64,000 nucleotides of DNA from Minisyncoccota bacterium (GCA_023229865.1 JALNYL010000004.1:17773-81772); one strand, 5' to 3'. Counted from the first letter of the stretch, positions 39,970-50,116 are shown. The notes: generated from the sequence alone by a model not told the origin. Made by a program: numbers and translations.

Positions 39970-40332
39970 ATGCTTGAAAAAATACAAGAAAAGCCACACC
40001 ATATAAAGCAAGCCATCTCGCTTATTATCACGGTAATTATTTTTTCTGCGATTTTGTTTGTGTGGGTGTCTTCGCGCGATGCGCGTTCTCGTGAGCTCGA
40101 AGTACAGGCCAAGACTGTTTCTCCGACAGAGGGGGTAACCTCGATGTTTAGTGGGCTTGTCTCGGATTTCAAAAAGAAAATGGCAAACTCAGATTCTTTT
40201 GGTCAAAAGAATGACGCCAGCGCGACTTCGACCGATACTTTTGACCTTTCGGGAGTGGTAATCATTGATCCATCTGCGACGACAACTGCGAGTACGACAG
40301 CAACGACCACCACTGCGAGTACCCCCAAATAG
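39970..40332 (+). CDS. Single-TM hypothetical protein
   Basis: TM helix and Thr-rich tail. Confidence 0.6.
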   Translation: MLEKIQEKPHHIKQAISLIITVIIFSAILFVWVSSRDARSRELEVQAKTVSPTEGVTSMFSGLVSDFKKKMANSDSFGQKNDASATSTDTFDLSGVVIIDPSATTTASTTATTTTASTPK

Positions 40333-40499
40333 CCTTACATTACAAGCTCCAAAAGGGACCGTTCTTTTTGATCATTTATTTGCTTGATATTTTACTGATT
40401 ACATAGGATAATTAATAGGTAAGGGGCTTGCAATTTTTGCAGATATGTGCTATAGTTTAAGTGTTATAAACGAGAGTTTAATCTAAACCAATTATCAAT

Positions 40500-40817
40500 A
40501 TGTTCGAATCATTCCCACAACCAAATATGAATACTAACGAAAACAAAATTAGCCACAGCACACCTGAGCAGATGGCGGCGGCAGAAGCACTTCTCAAGGG
40601 TTCAACCCTTAGCCTCGAAGACGAAGCGTCATCAAAGGATGGAATTGCACATTTTGGAGGAGAGCTCAATACTCACCTTATGGCTGAAAAGAAAGCGTCA
40701 GCTCCTGGCCCAATGAAAACCAATCCATTTGATGAAATGGGGATCCATGTTGCTGATGACGCGCAGGTCAAGAAGGCAGAGGAAATGCTTAAAGACTCTG
40801 GTTTGACACTTCAGTAA
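40500..40817 (+). CDS. Hypothetical protein
   Basis: ORF with upstream promoter and downstream terminator; internal AExxLKxSxLxL repeat. Confidence 0.55.
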   Translation: MFESFPQPNMNTNENKISHSTPEQMAAAEALLKGSTLSLEDEASSKDGIAHFGGELNTHLMAEKKASAPGPMKTNPFDEMGIHVADDAQVKKAEEMLKDSGLTLQ

Positions 40818-40898
40818 AATCTCATTCGAAAAAACCCAACATTTTATGCAAAATGTTGGGTTTTTTCTTTTGTTAAAATATGATAGAATAGTGAAACT

Positions 40899-43367
40899 AT
40901 GGCTCGCAAAAAAGAAGAAGAGAAGGTCCCCGAGGAGGCTTCCGTCCCACGTGTGAACGTTGTTCCTCAAGACATTTCAAGTGAAATGCGTACGTGTTTC
41001 ATCGACTACGCGATGTCGGTTATTACTGACCGTGCGCTCCCTGATGTGCGTGATGGTTTGAAGCCAGTGCATCGTCGCATCCTCTACTCGATGTACGAGA
41101 AAGGTTTGACCTACAATGCAAAATTTCGTAAATCTGCGACAGTAGTCGGAGATGTGCTTGGTAGCTACCACCCACACGGCGACTCGTCAGTGTATGAAGC
41201 GATGGTAAAAATGGCGCAGGATTTCTCTTTCCGTTATCCGCTCGTTGTTGGTCAGGGTAACTTCGGTTCTATCGACGGCGACTCAGCTGCGGCATACCGT
41301 TACACCGAGGCTAAGATGTCTCGCGTGTCAGGAGAGCTCTTGAACGATATCGATCGCGATACTGTTGATTTTAAGCCAAACTACGATGGTACCAAGAAAG
41401 AACCAACCGTACTCCCTTCTTCTCTTCCCAACCTTCTCTTGAACGGTACGCTCGGTATTGCGGTGGGTATGGCAACCAACTTCCCTCCACACAACTTGGG
41501 GGAGCTCGTGGATGCAACCAACCATCTTATTGACGACCCAGATGCAACCTCCGATGACCTTACGAAATTTGTGAAAGGACCTGATTTTCCTCTTGGTGGC
41601 GTTGTCTTTGGGGAAAAAGATATTAAGCATGCTTATTCTTCTGGGCGTGGTGGTGTCGTCGTGCGCGGTGAAGCAGAAATCGTTGAAGAGAAAAACCTCA
41701 ATCAGATTATTATTACATCACTTCCGTTTCGCGTAAACAAGGCAAACCTCATTGTGAAGATTGCTGACCTTGTGCGCGAGAAGAAGCTCGAAGGGATTAA
41801 GGGGCTTCGTGATGAATCAACGAGAGACATCCGTGTGGTTATTGACCTCAAGAATGGCGCATATCCTCAGGTTGTTCTCAACTATCTCTACAAGCACACT
41901 GAGCTTGAATCAACCTTCCACTACAACATGGTGGCGCTTGTTGATGGTGTGCCTCAGACACTTTCGCTCAAGGGTGTGCTCTCAAATTTTATTGGCCACC
42001 GACAGACCGTGGTGCGTCGTCGTACTGAGTACGATCTCCGCAAAGCAGAAGAGCGCGAGCACATTTTGCTCGGGCTCAAGAAAGCGCTTGATCATATCGA
42101 TCGCGTGATTGCGGTTATTCGCGGATCAAAGGATACGGCGACCGCACACGCAAATTTGATGAAGGAGTTTAAGTTCTCTGAGCTCCAGGCGTCGGCAATT
42201 CTCGAAATGAAGCTTCAAAAGCTCGCAGGCCTTGAGCGTAAGAACGTTGAGCTCGAACTTAAAGAAAAGCAGGATTTCATTAAAGAATGCAAAGACCTTC
42301 TTGCAAGCCCAAAGAAAATTTTGGCTGTTGTAAAGAAAGAACTCACCGTGATGAAAGAGAAGTACGGTGATGAGCGTCGCACGCGCGTGGTCAAGCACGC
42401 TGCAGGCTCAATCTCTGTTGAGGATATGATCCCCGATGAGGAATCAATGCTCGTATTTACAAAGGGTGGCTATATCAAGCGTACAAACCCAGGTGAGTAC
42501 CGTCAGCAGAACCGTGGTGGTGTGGGTGTTGTTGATTTGGATACTAAAGAAGAAGACTTCATCACGCTCTTTACTTCTGCGACAACGCACAGCGACCTCC
42601 TCTTTTTCTCAGATAAGGGCAAGGCTTACCAGATCAAGATGTACGATATCCCTGAAGGTAAGCGCGCGACACGTGGGAAGTCGATTATGAACTTCATATC
42701 ACTTTCTTCTGAGGAGAAGGTTACTTCGATTCTTGCAATGCCAAAGTCGGTAAAAGACTCAAAGCTCTCACTCTTTATGGTGACGAAACAAGGCACCGTG
42801 AAAAAAGTTTCTGCGGACAGTTTCAAGGATGTGCGCAAGACGGGAATTATTTCTATCAAGCTCGAAGCAGGGGACGAGCTTATCTCCGCACTCTTTACTG
42901 AAAAGGGAGATGATATTATTTTGACGACCGCAAAGGGTCAGGCAATCCGCTTCAAAGAATCAGATGCTCGCGAGATGGGTCGTGCGGCTGGGGGAGTCCG
43001 TGGTATCAAGCTCGGCAAGGGTGACTTCGTTATTGGCGCGGATACTATTGCCAAGGACGCAGAGAAGCCAGAGCTCTTGGTAATGAGCGAAAATGGCTAC
43101 GGTAAGAAGACTGCCGTAAAGGAATACAAGGTCCAAAAGCGCGGTGGCTCAGGTATTAAGACCGCAAAGGTGACCGCAAAGATTGGTCAGCTTATGGTGG
43201 CAAAAGTGGTGACTCCTGCGTTTGCAGAACTTGTGGCCATCTCAAAGGCAAGTCAAGTGATCCGTATCACGATGACTGATGTCCCAACGCTTGGACGCGA
43301 TACACAGGGTGTGCGCATTATGAAGCTTCGTGAAGGGGACAGTATTGCATCGCTCAGCTGTTTGTAA
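40899..43367 (+). CDS. gyrA: DNA gyrase subunit A
   Basis: [28 protein letters not shown], GyrA-box QNRGGVG, beta-pinwheel CTD. Confidence 0.97.
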   Translation: MARKKEEEKVPEEASVPRVNVVPQDISSEMRTCFIDYAMSVITDRALPDVRDGLKPVHRRILYSMYEKGLTYNAKFRKSATVVGDVLGSYHPHGDSSVYEAMVKMAQDFSFRYPLVVGQGNFGSIDGDSAAAYRYTEAKMSRVSGELLNDIDRDTVDFKPNYDGTKKEPTVLPSSLPNLLLNGTLGIAVGMATNFPPHNLGELVDATNHLIDDPDATSDDLTKFVKGPDFPLGGVVFGEKDIKHAYSSGRGGVVVRGEAEIVEEKNLNQIIITSLPFRVNKANLIVKIADLVREKKLEGIKGLRDESTRDIRVVIDLKNGAYPQVVLNYLYKHTELESTFHYNMVALVDGVPQTLSLKGVLSNFIGHRQTVVRRRTEYDLRKAEEREHILLGLKKALDHIDRVIAVIRGSKDTATAHANLMKEFKFSELQASAILEMKLQKLAGLERKNVELELKEKQDFIKECKDLLASPKKILAVVKKELTVMKEKYGDERRTRVVKHAAGSISVEDMIPDEESMLVFTKGGYIKRTNPGEYRQQNRGGVGVVDLDTKEEDFITLFTSATTHSDLLFFSDKGKAYQIKMYDIPEGKRATRGKSIMNFISLSSEEKVTSILAMPKSVKDSKLSLFMVTKQGTVKKVSADSFKDVRKTGIISIKLEAGDELISALFTEKGDDIILTTAKGQAIRFKESDAREMGRAAGGVRGIKLGKGDFVIGADTIAKDAEKPELLVMSENGYGKKTAVKEYKVQKRGGSGIKTAKVTAKIGQLMVAKVVTPAFAELVAISKASQVIRITMTDVPTLGRDTQGVRIMKLREGDSIASLSCL

Positions 43368-43463
43368 AACAGCTGAAGATTGAATTTCGAACAAAGGGCG
43401 CGATGGTGAAGCCATCGCGCCCTTTGTGTTGCATCTACGCGTATCACGCGGTACAATATCGAA

Positions 43464-44003
43464 ATGGAAGTATCTAATTTCACTGACCCCGTTCAAGTTA
43501 TTGGTGCACTTGGTGTGTACGAAGGAATGATTGTTGCTGATCTCGGCTGCGGTGTTGGTGCGTACACATTGCCCATCGCAGAAAAAGTGGGGGAGTCAGG
43601 ACGTGTCTACGCAGTTGAAGTGCAGAAGGATTTTCTTATTAATATCAAAACAGAGGCCGCAGCGCGCGGGCTCAAAAACATTGAGCTTCTCTGGGGGAAT
43701 ATCGAAAATCTCGGCGGAACAAAAATCAAAGACGATGGCGTGGATGCGGTAATCATTTCCAACGTCCTCTTTTTGGCTGAGGATAAGAAGGGGCTCCTCC
43801 GTGAAGCGCGCCGTATTTTGAAAACAGGAGGGAAGCTCCTCCTCATTGACTGGAGTGACTCGTTCAACAATCTTGGACCATCACCAGAAATGGTGGTGAC
43901 AAAGGATGAAGCGCGCGCTCTTTGTGAAGCAGAAGGATTTGTTCTTAAGGACGAAGTCCCTGCCGGAGAGCATCATTACGGATTTATTTTTTTAAAAGCA
44001 TAA
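43464..44003 (+). CDS. Class I SAM-dependent methyltransferase
   Basis: VADLGCGVG, RILKTGGKLLLIDW. Confidence 0.88.
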   Translation: MEVSNFTDPVQVIGALGVYEGMIVADLGCGVGAYTLPIAEKVGESGRVYAVEVQKDFLINIKTEAAARGLKNIELLWGNIENLGGTKIKDDGVDAVIISNVLFLAEDKKGLLREARRILKTGGKLLLIDWSDSFNNLGPSPEMVVTKDEARALCEAEGFVLKDEVPAGEHHYGFIFLKA

Positions 44004-44013
44004 TTATCTTACT

Positions 44014-45333
44014 ATGGATAAATCACCAAAACCTTTTCAAATTGCTGTTACTGGATTTTTCGTAGTACTCTTCATCCTCGGTTTCTTGGGATTTTCGGGA
44101 AAGCTCCCTCTCCCTTCAAGTAGTAAGGAGGTGAGTTATGGAGAAGTGACGCTTTGGGGAAGTATCTCAAGAGAGTCAATGCAGTCTCTTCTTGCGAACA
44201 ATTTTCGTGATGAAAAAAGTGTAAGCATTAAATATGAACAGAAAAACGCGACGACATTTACGCGGGATTTTGTGGAAGCACTCGCAAGTGGCAAGGGGCC
44301 CGATCTTGTGATTTTGCCACAGGAGGAACTTTTGAAAAATCTCAACAAGCTCGCCGTCATCCCTTATCAGACTATTCTTGAGCGTGATTTTAAAAATACG
44401 TTTATCGCAGAAGGGGAGATGTTTTTGCGCCCTGAGGGGACTGTTGCGTTGCCGTTTATGGTTGATCCAATCGTAATGTATTGGAATCGTGACATCTTTA
44501 CCAACGCTCTTATCGCAAAGCCACCCGTACTCTGGTCAGAGTTCTATGATTTGGTACCAAAGATCACCGTCCGTGATCGAACGGGGAACATCACCAGAAG
44601 CCTCGTGCCTTTTGGTGAATATAGAAATGTTACCAATGCAAAAGAAATTCTTTCGGTACTCCTGATGCAGGCGGGGAGCCCGGTGGTTACGAGCAAGAAT
44701 GGCAACCTCACCGCAGCGCTCGTTATTCAAGGACCCCTCAACGTGGAAAATCCTGTAGTTACTGCAATGCGTTTCTATACAGAATTTTCAAAATCTGAAA
44801 AAGATTCATACTCTTGGAATCGTTCATTACCACAATCACGCTCAATGTTTGAAGCGGGAGATCTCGCGCTTTACTTTGGGTATGCGAGTGAATACCAGTC
44901 GATTAAGTTGAAAAATCCTCACCTTAATTTTGACGTGGCGATGATTCCTCAAGTAGGGAAGACAGCAAATAAACTTACGTTTGGACGCATGCATGGCATC
45001 GCAATCGTGGGCGCAAGTAAAAACCAAGGCGGTGCCCTCCGCGCCGCGATGCTTCTTTCGGGAAGCAGTGTGATCACAGGTATTAGTGGTATTACGGGGC
45101 TTCCTCCTGTTCGTCGTGACCTCATCGCGATTCCTCCTGTCGACGCGGCACAGTCTGTCTTTTACGATTCTGCGTTGATTTCTCGCGCATGGTATGACCC
45201 ATCTCCTATTGAGACCAATGCTATTTTTATGACGATGATTGATAGTGTAAACTCGGGACGAAGCAGTATGAATGAAGCACTCGCGGTTGCACACAGTAGC
45301 CTCGCGAAGTTGTTCCAGGATTATCAGCAGTAA
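44014..45333 (+). CDS. Extracellular solute-binding protein (family 1-like)
   Basis: N-terminal TM, ALASGKGPDL, MYWNRDIF, FEAGDLA. Confidence 0.8.
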   Translation: MDKSPKPFQIAVTGFFVVLFILGFLGFSGKLPLPSSSKEVSYGEVTLWGSISRESMQSLLANNFRDEKSVSIKYEQKNATTFTRDFVEALASGKGPDLVILPQEELLKNLNKLAVIPYQTILERDFKNTFIAEGEMFLRPEGTVALPFMVDPIVMYWNRDIFTNALIAKPPVLWSEFYDLVPKITVRDRTGNITRSLVPFGEYRNVTNAKEILSVLLMQAGSPVVTSKNGNLTAALVIQGPLNVENPVVTAMRFYTEFSKSEKDSYSWNRSLPQSRSMFEAGDLALYFGYASEYQSIKLKNPHLNFDVAMIPQVGKTANKLTFGRMHGIAIVGASKNQGGALRAAMLLSGSSVITGISGITGLPPVRRDLIAIPPVDAAQSVFYDSALISRAWYDPSPIETNAIFMTMIDSVNSGRSSMNEALAVAHSSLAKLFQDYQQ

Positions 45334-45344
45334 TATTAAAAATC

Positions 45345-45722
45345 ATGACTCAAAAAATCACCACTACCGCAATTGCAGCAGCTATTCTCTCTCTCCCTCT
45401 CTTGTCTGCTGCTCAAGTCGGAATCCCTTGCAATGGTCCTGATTGTACCTTCGACTCGCTTATCCAGCTAGTGAATAACATCATTAAGTTTCTTATGTTT
45501 GGCGTAGCCGTCCCTCTCGCTGCTATTGGCTTTATGTTTGTGGGGGCAAAAATGGTTTTGTCATCTAATAAAGAGTCGGCAAAGACAGAAGCGAAGGAAA
45601 GTTTTGGGAATATTGTGAAAGGTTTCCTTATTATGCTTGGGGCGTACGTTGTGGTAAAAACAATCGTCTACTCATTTATTACTGATGAACAGAAGACTTT
45701 TATGGGATTCCTGTTTCAATAA
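45345..45722 (+). CDS. VirB2/TrbC-like pilin
   Basis: Signal peptide, two hydrophobic helices, AK..F..IVKG. Confidence 0.7.
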   Translation: MTQKITTTAIAAAILSLPLLSAAQVGIPCNGPDCTFDSLIQLVNNIIKFLMFGVAVPLAAIGFMFVGAKMVLSSNKESAKTEAKESFGNIVKGFLIMLGAYVVVKTIVYSFITDEQKTFMGFLFQ

Positions 45723-45742
45723 TTAGGAAGATAATATACAAT

Positions 45743-46246
45743 ATGAATACTATGAAAAAGATACTTGGTGGACTCGTGGTTCTAGGGGTGTTTTTAGGAG
45801 GGACTTCTGTCGCATTGGCTGTTCTGCCTTGTGCCGCTGTCCCTAGCCAGTATAAAAATGTGTGGACAGACCTTCCTGCTAGTGCGCAGCAATCTTACTA
45901 CGACATCTATTGTTCTCCTGGCACCGGCTCTACGGGGGCATCCGGCTCTACTGGTTCGGGGGCTACCTTGTCCGCAAATACGAAGTTGCAAAATCCCATC
46001 AAGTATTCAACTTTTTCTGAGTTTGCTGCAGCAATAACCAAAACAGCTGTTCAGGTCCTCCTTCCATTCATCGTCCTTGCCTTCATCTACTCAGGCTTCC
46101 TCTTTGTGAAAGCACAGGGTAACGAAAAAGAGCTCGAAGAAGCAAAGCAGGCAATCTGGTACAGTCTCATTGGTGCCTTCATTCTCCTTGGGGCGTGGGG
46201 ATTTGCGCAGATTATTAGTCAGACGGTTTCAACAATTACCCAGTAA
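45743..46246 (+). CDS. VirB2/TrbC-like pilin
   Basis: LQNPI, IYSGFLFVKAQGN...L.EAK..IWYSLIG. Confidence 0.75.
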   Translation: MNTMKKILGGLVVLGVFLGGTSVALAVLPCAAVPSQYKNVWTDLPASAQQSYYDIYCSPGTGSTGASGSTGSGATLSANTKLQNPIKYSTFSEFAAAITKTAVQVLLPFIVLAFIYSGFLFVKAQGNEKELEEAKQAIWYSLIGAFILLGAWGFAQIISQTVSTITQ

Positions 46247-46252
46247 TCTACT

Positions 46253-46537
46253 ATGGACTTCAAAGAATTTGTTAATTTTCTTGTTGGCACACTTATCAAG
46301 CCACTTTTCTCGCTCTTTTTGGGTGCTGCAGTAGTCTTCTTTTTGTGGAATATGATGGGGGTCATTCAGAAGAACGATCAACCAGAAGAGCTCGCAAAGA
46401 TGAAAGAAAAGGCTATTTGGGGGATTATCGCTATCGCGGTGATGGTCTCAATGTGGGGATTGGTCAACTTTTTTGCAGGGTCACTCAGGCTGACCAATAC
46501 TCCTCTTGACCTAGAGCGTTTCAACCAAACCTTGTAG
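46253..46537 (+). CDS. VirB2/TrbC-like pilin
   Basis: WGIIAIAVMVSMWGLVNF. Confidence 0.72.
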   Translation: MDFKEFVNFLVGTLIKPLFSLFLGAAVVFFLWNMMGVIQKNDQPEELAKMKEKAIWGIIAIAVMVSMWGLVNFFAGSLRLTNTPLDLERFNQTL

Positions 46538-46620
46538 TTTTCTCGGGGGTTTCGTATAATTAACAGATACGATCAATTAGTATTCGTACATCATAATTAA
46601 CATTTAATAAATTAATAAAC

Positions 46621-46968
46621 ATGAAAAAAGTTATTGTATTGGGTGCCTTTTTTGCCCCATTTATCGCGAGTGCTCAGATTGCCCAGGGGGCAAGTACGGT
46701 TCCTGGTCTTATTGCGTTCTTGAAGGACGCGCTTAGCACCGCTACGGTCCTTATTCTTGCAGCTGCAGTTGTATACTTCCTTTGGAACGTATTCGGCTTC
46801 GTTATGGCAGCAGGGGACTCAGATAAGCGCGCAGAGAAGCAGAGCGGTATTATCTACGGCGTTATCGGTATCGCGGTGATGGTATCTATCTGGGGCCTCG
46901 TAAACTTCCTTACGTCTTCAGCAAAGCTCGACACAACAACACGTACAGCTCCATCACTTTCTCTCTAA
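46621..46968 (+). CDS. VirB2/TrbC-like pilin
   Basis: YGVIGIAVMVSIWGLVNF with signal peptide. Confidence 0.72.
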   Translation: MKKVIVLGAFFAPFIASAQIAQGASTVPGLIAFLKDALSTATVLILAAAVVYFLWNVFGFVMAAGDSDKRAEKQSGIIYGVIGIAVMVSIWGLVNFLTSSAKLDTTTRTAPSLSL

Positions 46969-46994
46969 TCCACGTTTCTTAAACCAACACCATT

Positions 46995-47237
46995 ATGAAC
47001 ATTATGCAGAGAATCAATGAGGCTATTCTTCAACCAATAGTTTCACTCCTTATGGCAGCGGCCGTAGCATATTTCTTGTTTGGTGTTATGAAGTTTGTGA
47101 AGGATCAGGGGAGTGAAGAATCTCAAGTAGAAGGGAAGAAGCATATGATGTGGGGGATTATTGGTCTTTTTATTATGGTGAGCGTTTGGGGGATATTGAA
47201 CTTTATCAATTCCTTCGTTATGGGATTTTCTCAGTAA
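46995..47237 (+). CDS. VirB2/TrbC-like pilin
   Basis: GKKHMMWGIIGLFIMVSVWGI. Confidence 0.72.
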   Translation: MNIMQRINEAILQPIVSLLMAAAVAYFLFGVMKFVKDQGSEESQVEGKKHMMWGIIGLFIMVSVWGILNFINSFVMGFSQ

Positions 47238-47353
47238 AGCGCCCAAACAAAAGAGAAGCCCTGCGTATGAACTACGCGGGGCTTTTCTTTTTATGCACAA
47301 AAAGAAAAGCCCCACAGCATTGCGCTGCGGGACTTTGAGGGTTGAATTGCAAA

Positions 47354-48139
47354 TTAATACTGGAGCTTCACGGAGACTAACACCTCGGGGGCATACTTTG
47401 CTGCGACCCCCGCATGAAGCATTCCATTAAAATGTCCGATTTTCGTGCCACAGTCTTGGAACCACCCCTTTGATTGGTCGTTTTCCCAAAGAAACATCCT
47501 CCCGCCAGGGCAGTAAATATCAAACACGACTCCCGTTGGGATTGGGGGAAGCTCGACATACTCATCTGGTGGGCCATCAACAATGACGGACTCGTCGTCG
47601 GGGTTGCCGTTGTTATCCTCAGCGAGGGTGTAGACGTCGGGATCGAATTTCACCCAATGACTTTTCACCTCGTGAGTGACCTCCGTGCTTGCCGCCGGCG
47701 ATGAGCTGCCGAAGGCCTCCTTGAAGAAGGTGGGGTGATTTGCTGCTCTCACACTAGCCTTCATGTCTTTCCATGTTTGGTAGACAGGTTCGGGGAGGAT
47801 GAGACCAATGGTGGCTATTGCGAAATAGCCAACCACCATCACTTTTGTTATATCGGAGACCTTGCTTCCCGTGAACAAGAGCCAGAGCCCCATGATGTGC
47901 AGGGGGATAACGACGACGGCGCCAATCACGATAAACATGCTGGAATCGTCGGGGAGCAGGTAGGCGATGCAGATGGTCACAATAAACAGGATAATCATTG
48001 CCATCCAGTTCCTGCGAACCTTTTCTTCATCCTCCTTTTTTATTTCTTCAGGAGTTGATGTGGTGGGCTTTTGTTTCTCGTTAGTCTTGGAGGATGATTG
48101 AGGCACTCTCCCGTTCATTGCATCAACTTTGCGTTGCAT
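47354..48139 (-). CDS. Three-TM membrane protein coupled to the SPFH gene
   Basis: Overlaps the SPFH stop; SD AAGGAG. Confidence 0.7.
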   Translation of the reverse strand: MQRKVDAMNGRVPQSSSKTNEKQKPTTSTPEEIKKEDEEKVRRNWMAMIILFIVTICIAYLLPDDSSMFIVIGAVVVIPLHIMGLWLLFTGSKVSDITKVMVVGYFAIATIGLILPEPVYQTWKDMKASVRAANHPTFFKEAFGSSSPAASTEVTHEVKSHWVKFDPDVYTLAEDNNGNPDDESVIVDGPPDEYVELPPIPTGVVFDIYCPGGRMFLWENDQSKGWFQDCGTKIGHFNGMLHAGVAAKYAPEVLVSVKLQY

Positions 48140-49160
48140 TTTTGTGCTCCTTATTGTGAGTTATGGCGAGAGGCAGTCTTTCTCCAAGGCTCAATACATC
48201 GCCTTTGAAGTTTGATACCGCCCCTGCGTCAATTTCGCGATGAAGAATTTCCATGCCGCCATCGTAGCCAGCAGCAGTTCTCAGCCGCGCATCAAGTGCT
48301 TTGGCTTGTGCTACCCCGAGTGTCTCAATGCCGCGTGCTTTTTGTACAGCCGCATCTGCTTCGAGTCTCGCGATTTCAACTGCCGTAGTGGCCGCTTTTT
48401 CTTCTTCGCTTGCGCCGACAAGTTCAAAACTTACGAAGTCAACCTTGTGAACAGCAACCCCGAAGGTATCGATCACTCCCAGCGTACTGCCAGAAGTTTT
48501 ATTCACCTTTTCGATGTCAGAAGAGAAAGAACTCCCTTCACCTTCTTTATCGAGTGCACGGAAGTCGTCGTATGTTCTGCCACGTGCAAAATCTGCAATG
48601 GCCCCCTTCACGGTTGCGTTGGCGTTATTAAGCCATTTCCCCTTGAAGATAAAGACAAGTTTGATTGGGTTCACGACTCGGTATGTGACATTGACGAGGA
48701 GATTGATTTTGAAGTTTCCCTTGAGATCAACCCCCTCAACAAGAATGGGGTAGGAAGACAAGAAATACAGCGAATTCACATACTCCGACTTGCGGACGAT
48801 ATCAAAACCTTCTTCGTCTTTCGACGAATCGCCTTTAGTCAACTTGTCCCAGTCAAAGTGCCACACATGGATTTCTTTGAGCGGATACAGCAAGCTCACG
48901 AGAAACACGCCGAGAATGCTGAAGGGGCGAGAAAAGTTACTGTTCTCTCCTTCGGCAATGAGGCCAGTTTTGTAATCGTAATGGTAACCCGTCCCCTTAA
49001 GGTTCGGGATTACTTTTTCACACGACTCGCCAGCCACCACAAACTTGATCTCCCCGGTGGGGACATAACAAGTTTGTTTTTCGTAACGTGCCCCGTAGAG
49101 GAGCCAGACACAGAAAGCAATTACTGCAACAACCAAAAGTCCAACAATAAATGTGAACAT
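48123..49160 (-). CDS. SPFH/Band 7-like membrane protein
   Basis: N-terminal TM, VTYRVVNP, FGVAVHKVD, Ala/Glu-rich coiled coil; SD AGGAG. Confidence 0.7.
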   Translation of the reverse strand: MFTFIVGLLVVAVIAFCVWLLYGARYEKQTCYVPTGEIKFVVAGESCEKVIPNLKGTGYHYDYKTGLIAEGENSNFSRPFSILGVFLVSLLYPLKEIHVWHFDWDKLTKGDSSKDEEGFDIVRKSEYVNSLYFLSSYPILVEGVDLKGNFKINLLVNVTYRVVNPIKLVFIFKGKWLNNANATVKGAIADFARGRTYDDFRALDKEGEGSSFSSDIEKVNKTSGSTLGVIDTFGVAVHKVDFVSFELVGASEEEKAATTAVEIARLEADAAVQKARGIETLGVAQAKALDARLRTAAGYDGGMEILHREIDAGAVSNFKGDVLSLGERLPLAITHNKEHKNATQS

Positions 49161-49293
49161 GTTCTTCTCCTAAGTGAGTTAATTTGCAATTATCAATGAA
49201 CCGATAATCTCTGACAACATTATACACTTTTTGTCAAAAAAGTCAAGGTCTGCGGGTGGCAGGAAAGGCTTGGGAAATAAGACAAATTACGAG

Positions 49294-49375
49294 TGAGCAT
49301 GGGGAGACTTGAACTCCCAATCCTTACAGAATGCGCTTCTGAGACGCACGCGTATACCAATTCCGCCACATGCTC
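49294..49375 (-). tRNA. tRNA-Leu(CAG)
   Basis: GAGCATG/CATGCTC acceptor, TGCGT-CTCAGAA-GCGCA, long variable arm. Confidence 0.93.
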
Positions 49376-49390
49376 ATTTCAGTTTAATTG

Positions 49391-49440
49391 TGCCGAGGAG
49401 AGGACTTGAACCTCCATGGGTCGCCCCGCCTTTTCTTAAT
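49391..49440 (-). pseudogene. 3' half of a split tRNA-Leu
   Basis: ..TTAAGAAAAGGCGGGGCGACCCATGGAGGTTCAAGTCCTCTCCTCGGCA; its acceptor pairs with GCCGAGG at 49690. Confidence 0.8.
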
Positions 49441-49545
49441 GCCTGTTTCGTGTTCGCTCAACAACGGTATTTGCGCATTAGCGCACCAGATTTAAATCAA
49501 AACAGTTTGATTTAAATTCACTCGGCAAGCATATCGTGTACAAAG

Positions 49546-49627
49546 TGCTGGGAAGAGGACTTGAACCTCCATGGGTCACCCCGCTTGCTCCTAAGGCAAG
49601 TGCGTCTACCAATTTCGCCATCCCAGC
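49546..49627 (-). tRNA. tRNA-Leu(TAG)
   Basis: GCTGGGA/TCCCAGC acceptor, CTTGC-CTTAGGA-GCAAG. Confidence 0.95.
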
Positions 49628-49640
49628 ACTCTATGCACGA

Positions 49641-49690
49641 TGCGTCTACAATTTCTGAATCAGCAGATTCACGTCTTGGACGACCTCGGC
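49641..49690 (-). pseudogene. 5' half of a split tRNA-Leu, interrupted by mini-element copy 3 (49655-49683)
   Basis: GCCGAGGT[27-nt insert]GAAATTGTAGACGCA. Confidence 0.78.
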
Positions 49691-49741
49691 ATACAACACA
49701 TAAGGTACACTAAAATTGAAGAAAAGGCGAGGGGGGTTCAC

Positions 49742-49930
49742 AGGATTCGCCTCTCCTTTCAGTCGAGACTAATCTTGTGTGGTCACGAGTTACTAAGTCT
49801 GCTCAGATGATTACATCCTGTGCGGACTAAGTACTCTCGACCCCGGCTCGCCATTTTGTCTGCTGACAAAATATGGCTGCGCCTTGCACAAACGGAAAAC
49901 CTGCCGCAGGGCAGGTTTTCTTATCGTTTG
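49742..49930 (-). repeat. tRNA-3'-associated palindromic element downstream of tRNA-Lys
   Basis: Contains GAGTACTTA..TTAGTAACTCGTG (shared with the Trp element) and GTCTCGACTGAAAGGAGAGGC (shared with the Leu-TAA element). Confidence 0.75.
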
Positions 49931-50003
49931 TGCACCCAGTAGGATTCGAACCTACGACCGTCTCGTTAAGAGCGAGCTGCTCTACCAACTGAGCTATGGA
50001 TGC
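49931..50003 (-). tRNA. tRNA-Lys(CTT)
   Basis: GCATCCA/TGGGTGC acceptor, CTCG-CTCTTAA-CGAG. Confidence 0.93.
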
Positions 50004-50116
50004 ATCTATTCTTCATCAGTAACTTTTGAGATAAACCCTCTGGGCCTACCAAAACAGTTATGGATGCATGTACGAGATATTATACACAAATAATAGAAAA
50101 TGTGAAGTGGGGGAGG

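Noticed and set aside
48240-49199. 319-aa plus-strand ORF (and similar long antisense ORFs at 35384 and 55130)
   Set aside because: Shadow frames of well-supported genes on the opposite strand.
49391-49690. Group I intron in tRNA-Leu
   Set aside because: No recognisable P/Q/R/S core, the insert is itself a tRNA, and the two halves cannot form an anticodon stem.
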